This document shows, in pieces, positions 50,396-58,846 of a stretch of DNA of 64,000 nucleotides; the stretch's first letter is position 1; the number at the start of each line of letters is the position of its first letter. The notes below the pieces were generated by a model that saw only the letters and a list, made by a program, of their open reading frames with translations, ran no database searches and had not been told where the DNA came from. The DNA comes from Myxococcota bacterium (lineage in GTDB: Bacteria; Myxococcota; JACRCW01): positions 24,993 to 88,992 of the forward strand of contig JBFMGU010000007.1 in NCBI GenBank assembly GCA_040752415.1, given 5' to 3'. The translations under genes were made by a program, and so were the position numbers.

Positions 50396-51496
50396 ATGCA
50401 CCCCGGTGTGGATACCCCGGCTCTCGTCGTGGACCTGGAAGTCGTCGAGCGGAACCTGGCGCGCATGCAGCGGCAGGCGGACCAGCTGGGCGTGGCGCTG
50501 CGACCCCACACCAAGACGCACAAGATCCCCGAGCTGGCGCGCATGCAGCTGCAGGCCGGCGCGGCGGGCATCACCGTGGCCAAGCTGGGGGAGGCCGAGG
50601 TCATGGCCGACGCGGGGATCGACGACATCTTCATCGCGTATCCCGTCGTCGGGGAGCAGAAGGTGCGTCGCCTCCTGGCGCTGGCCCGTCGGGTGCGCGT
50701 GTCCTTCGCCCCCGACAGCCTGGAGTCCGCGCGCGTGGTCTCCGACGCGGCCCACGCGCAAGGCCTGGTGATCCCCGCGCTGCTCGAGGTGGACACCGGT
50801 CTGCGTCGGTGTGGCGTCCCGTGGGGAGAGCCGGCCGCGGAGCTGGCGCAACGGCTGGCCGCGCTGCCTGGTATCACGCTGCGAGGCATCTCCACGCACG
50901 AGGGACACGGCTACCAGGCCGGTGAGCCCGACGAGGTCTCCGCTGCCGCGCGGGAGGCGGGTCGCCAGATGGTGGACACCGCGGCGCGGATCCGGGCGCG
51001 TGGCGTCGACATCTCCGTGGTCAGCGTGGGGGCCACGCCCACCGCCGCACATACCGGCCGGGTCAGCGGCATCACCGAGATGCGCCCCGGGACGTACGTG
51101 TTCAACGACCGCAGCCAGCTGCGCCATGGCACCGCCTCCCTGGCGGACTGCGCCGCGGTGGTGGTGACGACGGTGGTGAGCGTTCCCGCGCCCGGGCGCG
51201 CGGTGGTGGATGCCGGCTCCAAGGCGCTCAGCTCCGACGGGGTGCTCCATCGTGGCGCGGAAGGCGGGCACGGCCTGGTGCTGGGCGCGCGGGGTTGGAT
51301 TCTGGCGCGGCTCAGCGAGGAGCACGGGGTGCTCACCGCCGGACCCGACGCCGAGCCGCTCCACGTGGGACAACGGCTGGGCCTGGTGCCCAACCACATC
51401 TGCCCGTGCGTGAACCTGTTTGACGAGGTCACCTGCGTGCGCGGGGACCAGCGGGTGGGGACGTGGCGCGTGGCGGCCCGCGGGTGCATGCGCTGA
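50396..51496 (+). CDS. Fold-III PLP enzyme (D-threonine aldolase/D-serine dehydratase-like)
   Basis: TPALVVD, RPHTKTHK, EMRPGTYVFND, DAGSK, SEEHG, PNHIC. Confidence 0.93.
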   Translation: MHPGVDTPALVVDLEVVERNLARMQRQADQLGVALRPHTKTHKIPELARMQLQAGAAGITVAKLGEAEVMADAGIDDIFIAYPVVGEQKVRRLLALARRVRVSFAPDSLESARVVSDAAHAQGLVIPALLEVDTGLRRCGVPWGEPAAELAQRLAALPGITLRGISTHEGHGYQAGEPDEVSAAAREAGRQMVDTAARIRARGVDISVVSVGATPTAAHTGRVSGITEMRPGTYVFNDRSQLRHGTASLADCAAVVVTTVVSVPAPGRAVVDAGSKALSSDGVLHRGAEGGHGLVLGARGWILARLSEEHGVLTAGPDAEPLHVGQRLGLVPNHICPCVNLFDEVTCVRGDQRVGTWRVAARGCMR

Positions 51497-51577
51497 GGCT
51501 GGGCCCGGAGCGGGGACGGGAAGAAAGCAGCGCGGTTGCGGATTGGCCCGCGTGTCGAGGGGCTCTATTGTCGGGGC

Positions 51578-52546
51578 ATGGTCGCCGTCATGGTCCCCGC
51601 CTGGGCCCTTGGTCTTGCGCTGCTGGCCGCGCCTCCGCCCGCGCCGCCGCCCAAGGCCGTCCCGCCGCCCAGCGCCCCGCGGTCCAACGACGGAAACATC
51701 GACGAGATGCTCAAGACCGCCGGCGAGGCGTGCGAGGCGCTGGACTTCGACCTCTGCATCGAGCGCTCCAATGCCGCGTTGTCCCGCGTCGACATCCAGG
51801 ACGCGCAGCGGGAGCGGGCCTATGTGCTGGTGGCGGGCGCGTACGTCGTGGTGGGGCAGGCCCTGGAGGCGGAGCGTTTCTACCGGCTGCTCTTGCGCCT
51901 GCGCCCGGACTTCGAGCTTCCCGCCGACACGCCGCCCAAGATCCTGGGTGTGTTCCGTCGCGTGCGCGCGGAGGAGGACCAGATCCGCAACGCGGTGAAG
52001 GACGCACGACGCAAGAGCCTGGTGCAGTCCATCAGGATGCAGGTGGATGCGCCGCAGAAGCACCAGGGCGGCCAGCCGCTGACCATCACGGCGAGAGTGC
52101 AGGACCCGCAGCGCGGCGTGGCGTCGTTGGTGCTGGAGCACCGCGTGGATCCCAACGCGCCCTTTGCCACCGCGCCCTTCCAGGGCTCCGGGGAGACGCG
52201 CACCGTGGCCTTCACCGCCGCGCAGACCGCCACCGACCATCCGCTCGCCCTGCAGTACCGCGTGGTGGCCCGCGACGAGGAAGGCAACACGTTGACCACG
52301 CACGAGGGCACGCAGGGCCCGCTGGTCGTCGACATTGCGCCCGGCCAGGTGCCCTCCGACCCGTTCTACACGCAGCGCCAGTTCTGGGTGCTGGCCGGCG
52401 GCGCGGGCGGCGCGGTGGGCGTGGTGGCGCTGGTGTTCGTGACCGCGGTTCTCGTCGGGGGGACGCTGGGATCCGGCGGGCTGTACCTGCTGCTGCGCGG
52501 TGACGGCGTGCCCGAGACCACCGCGGGAAAGCACCGGGTGCGCTGA
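51578..52546 (+). CDS. Exported TPR-like protein with C-terminal TM
   Basis: Signal peptide; A...F..LL.L.PD..L....PPKI; beta-sandwich; hydrophobic C-terminus. Confidence 0.8.
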   Translation: MVAVMVPAWALGLALLAAPPPAPPPKAVPPPSAPRSNDGNIDEMLKTAGEACEALDFDLCIERSNAALSRVDIQDAQRERAYVLVAGAYVVVGQALEAERFYRLLLRLRPDFELPADTPPKILGVFRRVRAEEDQIRNAVKDARRKSLVQSIRMQVDAPQKHQGGQPLTITARVQDPQRGVASLVLEHRVDPNAPFATAPFQGSGETRTVAFTAAQTATDHPLALQYRVVARDEEGNTLTTHEGTQGPLVVDIAPGQVPSDPFYTQRQFWVLAGGAGGAVGVVALVFVTAVLVGGTLGSGGLYLLLRGDGVPETTAGKHRVR

Positions 52547-54241
52547 ATGGAAGCTCCCCAGCTCACGCGCTTTGGCCAGTACGAGGTGCTCAAGCGGCTT
52601 GCCGTGGGCGGGATGGGGGAGATCTTCCTGGCGCGCCAGACCGGCATCAAGGGCTTTGAGCGCCTGGCCATCATCAAGACGCTGCTCAACACCGGCGTGG
52701 ATGACGAGGAGCGCGTGGAGGCCTTCCTGGCCGAGGCGCGCATTGCCGGCCTGCTCAACCATCCCAGCATCGTGCAGATCTATGACCTGGGCGAGGAGCA
52801 GGGCACCTATTACATCGCCATGGAATACGTCGAGGGCGACACGGTCGGCGCGCTGGTGTCCTCGGCCATGAAGCAGGACAAACACAGCCCGTGGCCCTTT
52901 GCGGCGTTGATGGCCCAGGCCGCGCGCGCGCTGCACTACGCGCATCACCACGTGGACACGCAGGGGCAGCTGCTCAACCTGGTGCACCGCGACATCAGTC
53001 CGCAGAACATCATGGTGCGTCGTGACGGCATGATCAAAGTGGTGGACTTTGGCATTGCCAAGGTGGCCAGCCTGGGCGGCGCGCGGACCGCCACCGGCGT
53101 CATCAAGGGGAAGCTGGCGTACATGGCGCCGGAGCAGGTGAAGGCGGAGCCGGTGGACGCGCGCAGCGACCTGTTCTCGCTGGGCATTGTGACGTGGGAG
53201 CTGCTCACCGGGCGGCGGATGTTCCAGGATCTGCCGGAGCACGCGGTGGCGCACCGCATCGTCATGAACCAGCTGCCCCGTCCCAGCGACGTGCGACCGG
53301 GCTTCCCGCCCGAGCTGGAGGACGTGGTGATGCGCGCGCTTTCCCCGGCGCCCTTGGACCGCTTCCAGACCGGCAATGACATGGCCGACGCATTGGAGGC
53401 CGCGCTGCAGAGCTCGACGGAGGCTGGGCGCACCACCCTGGCGCAGTACGTGGAGGCATTGATTGGCGCGCGGGTGCAGGAGCGCAAGGCCAGCGCGGTG
53501 AGCAATCCGGGGATGCCGCGGCCGCAGTCGCCCACGCCGCCACGCGGGTCGTCGGACCGGCTGGTGAGCGGTGGGGGACCCATGGTGGTTTCCGCCATCC
53601 AGGAGCTGCCCACCATGGCGGAGGTGGATTCCTCCGACGTGCTCCCGGCGATGAAGAGCGGTCCCAAGGCCGCGCCGTCGCCGCCGCGCAGCATGACGCC
53701 GTGGGTGGTGGGTGCATCGTTGGCGGTGGTGCTGGGCGTGGGTGGTGCGGTGGTGGCCGTGCGCATGATGCGTGAGCCGGTGGCGCCGTCGACGGTGGCG
53801 CCGGTGGAGCCCCCTCCCGCGCCCACGCCAGAGCCGGCCCCGCCGCCGGAGCCCGCGCCTGCCCCCACGCCCGCGCCGCAGGCTGCTCCCACGCCCGACG
53901 TCGAGGAGACGCGTCCCGAGCGTCCCGCGCCCGCGCGGCCGTCGACGTCGACGACGAAGCGGCCGGAGCCGAAGCCGCGTCCTCAGCCGGTTGCGCCACA
54001 GGAGACCAAGGCGCCGCCGGCGGAGCCGCAGGGAGATGGGTTCCTGACGATCTCGTCGGTGCCGTGGGCGGTGGTGACCGTCGACGGGAAACAGGTGGGG
54101 AGCACGCCGGTGTACAAGGTGCCGCTGCCGCCGGGGAAGCACACGGTGGTGCTGCACAACGAGGCGGAGAAGCTCACCAGGACGATGGAAGTGACCATCA
54201 CGCCGGGCGGGCAGGAGCGGTTGAAGGTCAACCTGCGGTGA
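52547..54241 (+). CDS. Transmembrane Ser/Thr kinase with C-terminal PEGA domain
   Basis: GGMGEIF, HRDISPQN, DFG, YMAPEQ; TM; Pro linker; LTISSVPWAVVTVDG...TP. Confidence 0.95.
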   Translation: MEAPQLTRFGQYEVLKRLAVGGMGEIFLARQTGIKGFERLAIIKTLLNTGVDDEERVEAFLAEARIAGLLNHPSIVQIYDLGEEQGTYYIAMEYVEGDTVGALVSSAMKQDKHSPWPFAALMAQAARALHYAHHHVDTQGQLLNLVHRDISPQNIMVRRDGMIKVVDFGIAKVASLGGARTATGVIKGKLAYMAPEQVKAEPVDARSDLFSLGIVTWELLTGRRMFQDLPEHAVAHRIVMNQLPRPSDVRPGFPPELEDVVMRALSPAPLDRFQTGNDMADALEAALQSSTEAGRTTLAQYVEALIGARVQERKASAVSNPGMPRPQSPTPPRGSSDRLVSGGGPMVVSAIQELPTMAEVDSSDVLPAMKSGPKAAPSPPRSMTPWVVGASLAVVLGVGGAVVAVRMMREPVAPSTVAPVEPPPAPTPEPAPPPEPAPAPTPAPQAAPTPDVEETRPERPAPARPSTSTTKRPEPKPRPQPVAPQETKAPPAEPQGDGFLTISSVPWAVVTVDGKQVGSTPVYKVPLPPGKHTVVLHNEAEKLTRTMEVTITPGGQERLKVNLR

Positions 54242-54558
54242 GGGTGGTGGTTGGTGGCACGGTGGCCCCCCCACCCGGCCGCCTTCCGACTTCACTGATT
54301 TCTCGTCGTGGCGGCCGACCTCCCCCACGGTGTGGGGAGGCGTAGATGTGCCGCCTCGCTGAACAGTGCGCGTATTGGGCGGCACGGGCTCAAGGAGGCC
54401 TTGTGCCGCGCTTGGCCCAATGAACAACCACGACGCGGCACATCTACGCCTCCCCACACCGTGGGGGAGGTCGGCCGCCACAACGAGAAATCAGTGAAGT
54501 CGGAAGGCGGCCGGGTGGGGGGGCCACCGAACCACCAACCATCAACCACCCTCACCGC
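54235..54558. repeat. 324-bp palindrome (arms 54235-54358 / 54431-54558) with internal hairpins
   Basis: ~124-nt arms, nearly perfect over the inner ~95 nt; the spacer has its own stem. Confidence 0.93.
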
Positions 54559-55469
54559 CACGGGTGATGCCGGAAGTGCAGCGTGGCGTCGCACGCCTCG
54601 GACACCACCATGTGCCCCACCGTCAGCGTCCCAATCGCCACGCTCTCGGGAAAGCGCGGCTGCCGCGGAATCACCACGTCAAACACCAGCTCACCGGGCG
54701 CATACCGACGGAGCTCGTCACGGAAATCCCGCGCCACCACCTTGCGTGCCGTGGGCCGCGGAATCAGCAGGACGTGGTGCGGTGTCACCGGTGTCATCAC
54801 CCGCGCGCCGGTCCCATCCACCTCGGTGAGCGGATACAGCGGCATGGTGAGCGGGTGCGGACTGAACGGCGCCAGCAGCACCGTGGTCAGCAGCGCGTGC
54901 GGCTTGGAGACGGGCGCCAGGTTGGAGAACGCCAGCGGATGTTCCCCCGACGGTGGATGCGAGAGGAACGTCCCGCGGTAGTCCCCGTCGATGGCGTACT
55001 GGTCGAACAGGTGCAGGTTGCGCGTCTCCACCGCCTGCCGCGGGTCCGAGGTGGGAAAGAGCTTCACCGCCATGCTGAAGATGCGCGGGACCGGGCCCGG
55101 CGTGGGACGGTTGTTGCCGACGGCAAAGCGGACCAGCGCCGGGATGTCCGCGCCCTCGTCGAGGAGACCGGTGGCGGGGCTGACGCCGTCGATCTTCCAG
55201 CGCGCGTCCGCGCACACGCCCACGCGGTGTGCCAGCTTGGTGCGCCACGGCTTGAGGTCCAGGTCCTGTTGGAAGGTCCGGTAGAAGCGGTGGAACATGG
55301 CGCCGCTCAGCCCGTTGAGGAGCATGCGCAGCTCCGGGTGCCCGTAGTCCGGCGGCCGCGACAACGGCTCCCGGAACACCACCTCGCGAACCTCCTCGAA
55401 GCTGATTGGCTCCGCCCGCGCCGTCGTCCACGTCGTCATCATGAGCAGGATGGGCACCGTTCGTCGCAT
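54552..55469 (-). CDS. Exported catalase-like-fold hypothetical protein
   Basis: Signal peptide; KLAHRVGVCA, ALVRFA, SMAVKLF, IGTL.V resemble the catalase-like superfamily. Confidence 0.65.
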   Translation of the reverse strand: MRRTVPILLMMTTWTTARAEPISFEEVREVVFREPLSRPPDYGHPELRMLLNGLSGAMFHRFYRTFQQDLDLKPWRTKLAHRVGVCADARWKIDGVSPATGLLDEGADIPALVRFAVGNNRPTPGPVPRIFSMAVKLFPTSDPRQAVETRNLHLFDQYAIDGDYRGTFLSHPPSGEHPLAFSNLAPVSKPHALLTTVLLAPFSPHPLTMPLYPLTEVDGTGARVMTPVTPHHVLLIPRPTARKVVARDFRDELRRYAPGELVFDVVIPRQPRFPESVAIGTLTVGHMVVSEACDATLHFRHHPWR

Positions 55470-55546
55470 GCCTGGATGTACTCCGCCGTCGTCACTGCGG
55501 CAGAGAACCTTGACCGGCGCACCGCGCCCTCCCATGGTCCCCGACC

Positions 55547-56752
55547 ATGACGCTGACCCGACGTGACGCGATGGCGCTGTGCGGCACCCTGCTGGCCGGA
55601 TGCGCCGCGCCGCGTCGTCTCTTCTTTGCCGCCCACGCCGAGGAGCTGGTGGCGCGCGCGCTGGACGGGCTGGACCGCGCGCGGCTGCTGGACACGCACG
55701 TGCACGTGGTGGGCGTGGGGGCCGGCGGGACGGGTTGCTACATCAACGAGGAGATGACCTCACCGCTGCACCCGGTGAAGGTGGCGCAGCTGGGCTTCTA
55801 TGCCACCGCCAGCGGCATGTGGGACCTGCGCGACGCCGACGAGCAGTACATCCGCCGCCTGCGCCAGCTGGCGCGCATGAGCGGCCTGGGCCGGTTCATG
55901 ATCATCGCGTTCGCACAGTTCCACGACGAGAACGGACGTCCGCGGCCGGAGCACACCGAGTTCCACACGCCCAACCGCTACGTGCTGGACCTGGCCCAGC
56001 TGGGGCGTGACGTCTTCCTGCCCGTCATCTCGGTGCACCCGTACGACCCGCACGCGCTGCAGCTCCTCGACGAAGGACACGCGCGCGGCGCGGTGGCGGT
56101 GAAGTGGCTGCCCAATGCCATGGGGATTGATCCGGGCTCACCACGCTGTGACGCGTTCTACGCGCGGATGCGCTCCCTGGCCCTGCCGCTCATCACCCAC
56201 GCCGGTGAGGAGCGCGCGGTCGACGCCGCGGACCGCCAGGAGCTGGGCAACCCGCTGCGGCTGCGTCGTCCGCTGGAGGCGGGGGTGAAAGTGATCGTGG
56301 CGCACTGCGCGGGGCTGGGGGAGAGCCTGGACCTCGACGAGCCCGAGCGCACCCGCACGCGCAAGCGCAGCTTTGACCTGTTCCTGCGCCTGTTCACCGA
56401 CCCGCGCCATGAGCGCCTCCTCTTCGCCGACATCTCCGCGATGGTGCAGGTGAACCGCTCGGGCGCGCCGCTGCGCGAGATCCTGAAGCGCGAGGAGCTG
56501 CACGCCCGCCTGGTGAACGGCAGCGACTATCCGCTTCCCGCCATTGGCCTCGTCATCCGCACCGAGCAACTGGCGGCGCGCGGCTACCTGGAGGGCGGGG
56601 ATGTGCAGGTCCTCAACGCCATCCGCGACGAGAACCCGCTGCTGTTTGACTTCGTGCTCAAGCGTCGGCTGCGCATCCGCGACGGGAAACGGACCTTCCG
56701 GCTGGCCAACAGCGTCTTCACCGCGCCACCGGGGCTCTTCCCCGGCGGGTGA
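55547..56752 (+). CDS. Amidohydrolase_2 family, Tat/lipoprotein signal
   Basis: TRRD..LAGC; DTHVH, HAG.E, AHCA, NGSDYP. Confidence 0.9.
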   Translation: MTLTRRDAMALCGTLLAGCAAPRRLFFAAHAEELVARALDGLDRARLLDTHVHVVGVGAGGTGCYINEEMTSPLHPVKVAQLGFYATASGMWDLRDADEQYIRRLRQLARMSGLGRFMIIAFAQFHDENGRPRPEHTEFHTPNRYVLDLAQLGRDVFLPVISVHPYDPHALQLLDEGHARGAVAVKWLPNAMGIDPGSPRCDAFYARMRSLALPLITHAGEERAVDAADRQELGNPLRLRRPLEAGVKVIVAHCAGLGESLDLDEPERTRTRKRSFDLFLRLFTDPRHERLLFADISAMVQVNRSGAPLREILKREELHARLVNGSDYPLPAIGLVIRTEQLAARGYLEGGDVQVLNAIRDENPLLFDFVLKRRLRIRDGKRTFRLANSVFTAPPGLFPGG

Positions 56753-58306
56753 TCACGGGGTGGGCTGCTCCACGCAGACGAGGTGGTGCGCGCCGTCGCA
56801 TGGCTGCGGACCGTCGTTGATGGCGCTCATGTCCTCGGCCTTGAGGTTGCCCACCCTCCCGTTGCCCTGCCCGGAGGTCCACCGGGAACAGTGGTCACCC
56901 TCCGTCACCCAGTGGTCTCCCATGCCGGTCCAGTACGCGCCTTCCGTGGTGGGCGAGAGGGGGTTGGCGAGGTTCTCGTTGTAGATGAACTGCACCAGGG
57001 CCAGGCCGGTGGTGGAAAACGCCAGCTGCAGGTCGTCGTTCCGGTAGTAGTGGGAGTTGTTCTGCAGCACCCAGTCCATCGCGCCGGATTGACCCCAGGG
57101 ATCGGTGTTGGCCACGCGGTTGGTACCGTCGACGAGCATGGCCTTGAAGGTCGACGAGATGCCGCGATCGTTGGCGGCCCGCTGGCAGATGTCGTCGGCG
57201 CCTGAGACGCCCTGGAATTCCCCCTGGCCAGGGGTCACCGGGCCCGTGGTGAAGATGCGGAAGTCGTTGTCGCGGTCCTCCGTTTCCAGCACCGCCACCT
57301 GGCCCACGTAGCAGGGATCTCCCGCGATCACTTCCAGCGTCACCGAGTAGGGCTGCGTGCCCTCGAAGGTGTTGTTGTCCTGGCTCTGCAGCACCACCAT
57401 GTCCTCCTGCTGACCTCCCGGGCTGAACTCCAGCTGGTAGGGGATGGCGGAGGCGGCGGAGGGGTTGCTCACGACGACGGAGACGGTGGTGATGGCGCTG
57501 GGCGCGCGGTTGAGCGACACGAGGACCACCGCGTTGTTCGCTCCCTCCCGGGTGTAGTCCACGCTGTTGAACACCGCGGTCATGAGACAGGTCCCGCCCC
57601 CCGCCGAGGAAGAGCTCGACGACGAAGAGCTGGACGAGCTCGACGACGAGGAGCTGGATGAGCTCGACGACGAGGAGGAGGAGCTGGTCGAACTCGACGA
57701 CGAGGTGCTGGATGCGGAACTCGACGACGTGGAGCTGGTGGTGGAGGCGCCCGTGGAGGTGGTGGCGGAGGATGACGACGACGTGGAAGACGTGCGCGCC
57801 GTGAACGTGCTGGAACCCGACGAGCTCGACGTCGATGCCGACGTGGCGGAGGCGGACGCGGACGAGGAGCTGCTGCCCAGCGACGCGCTCGACGACGTGG
57901 TCAGCGCGCTGGACGATGAAGCGGACGACGAGCTGGTTGTGCTGGAGCTGGCGGCGCCCGAGGACGACGAGCCCGTGCTCCCGGAGCTGCTCGAGGCGGA
58001 GCCGGTGGAGGTTGCGGCGGTGGAGGCGCCGGCGCTGCTCGACGTGCTCGATGCGCTCGTGCTGGCGCTGCCGGTGGACGCGGCGCTGGTGGAGCCCGCG
58101 CTGCTGCTGGAGGAGCCCTCCACACGCAAGCCGCCGTCGGCGCTTCCGCTCACGTTGGCGGGGGCACGGGCACAGTAGCCGTCCGCGGCGCAGGCCTCGC
58201 CTTCCAGGCAGTCCTCGTCGGTGCCGCAGGCGTTGCCCAGGGTCCGACACCCCGAGAGCGCCAACGTCGTCACCAGGCACCCCAGCAACAGCCTGCGCGT
58301 CATCAC
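56753..58306 (-). CDS. Lipoprotein with ~170-aa poly-Ser/Thr linker and C-terminal DUF1554-like domain
   Basis: Lipobox LSGC; GVSGADDIC...FKAMLVDG..R....DWVL; YWTG; LVCVEQ. Confidence 0.85.
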   Translation of the reverse strand: MMTRRLLLGCLVTTLALSGCRTLGNACGTDEDCLEGEACAADGYCARAPANVSGSADGGLRVEGSSSSSAGSTSAASTGSASTSASSTSSSAGASTAATSTGSASSSSGSTGSSSSGAASSSTTSSSSASSSSALTTSSSASLGSSSSSASASATSASTSSSSGSSTFTARTSSTSSSSSATTSTGASTTSSTSSSSASSTSSSSSTSSSSSSSSSSSSSSSSSSSSSSSSSSSAGGGTCLMTAVFNSVDYTREGANNAVVLVSLNRAPSAITTVSVVVSNPSAASAIPYQLEFSPGGQQEDMVVLQSQDNNTFEGTQPYSVTLEVIAGDPCYVGQVAVLETEDRDNDFRIFTTGPVTPGQGEFQGVSGADDICQRAANDRGISSTFKAMLVDGTNRVANTDPWGQSGAMDWVLQNNSHYYRNDDLQLAFSTTGLALVQFIYNENLANPLSPTTEGAYWTGMGDHWVTEGDHCSRWTSGQGNGRVGNLKAEDMSAINDGPQPCDGAHHLVCVEQPTP

Positions 58307-58341
58307 GCGTCACAGCATAGGCGAGGCCCGCCGTTCCGTCC

Positions 58342-58713
58342 TCAGGGATGCACCATCCGACGCACCACGTCGCGCAGGACCTCCGGCTCCACCGGCTTCT
58401 CCAGGACCGGATTGGTCTGGTGGTTGAGGAACTGGCGCGCGCGGTCGGTGAAGGCGCCGCCGGTCAGGAACACCACCTTGCGCAGCTCCTGGGGACAGCA
58501 CTCCGCCAGGCGCTCGTGGAAGTCCATGCCGGTCATCTCGGGCATCATGAGGTCGCAGATGATGAGGTCGAACTGCTCCCCGCGCTGCAGCATGTCCAGG
58601 GCGGCCTGGGCCTGCGTGGTGGTGGCCACGTCGAACTCCCGTGACAACAGGCGCCGCAGCGCCGTGCCCACGTGCGGCTCGTCGTCCACCACCAGGAGCT
58701 TCCGCCGGGTCAT
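58342..58713 (-). CDS. Single-domain response regulator
   Basis: LVVDDE, ICDLMMP, FLTGG, LEKP. Confidence 0.93.
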   Translation of the reverse strand: MTRRKLLVVDDEPHVGTALRRLLSREFDVATTTQAQAALDMLQRGEQFDLIICDLMMPEMTGMDFHERLAECCPQELRKVVFLTGGAFTDRARQFLNHQTNPVLEKPVEPEVLRDVVRRMVHP

Positions 58714-58846
58714 GCGCGCACACACCTCCATCCGCAACCCATTCTCCCTGCCCCTCGTGGTTTCCCCGGAGGGTGGGGCATGGATTCCGGTTCGGCACAA
58801 ACGGTCCTGGGCTTGAGGAGATCCGGTCTGGGGGGCGGGATTGGCG

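Noticed and set aside
49739..54481. 1580-aa minus-strand ORF
   Set aside because: Antisense shadow of three plus-strand genes that share one frame; R/H/G-rich with no domains.
57567..58178. Highly acidic D/E/L/V ORFs (also 42543-43340)
   Set aside because: Exact antisense reading of poly-Ser/Thr linkers in real lipoproteins.
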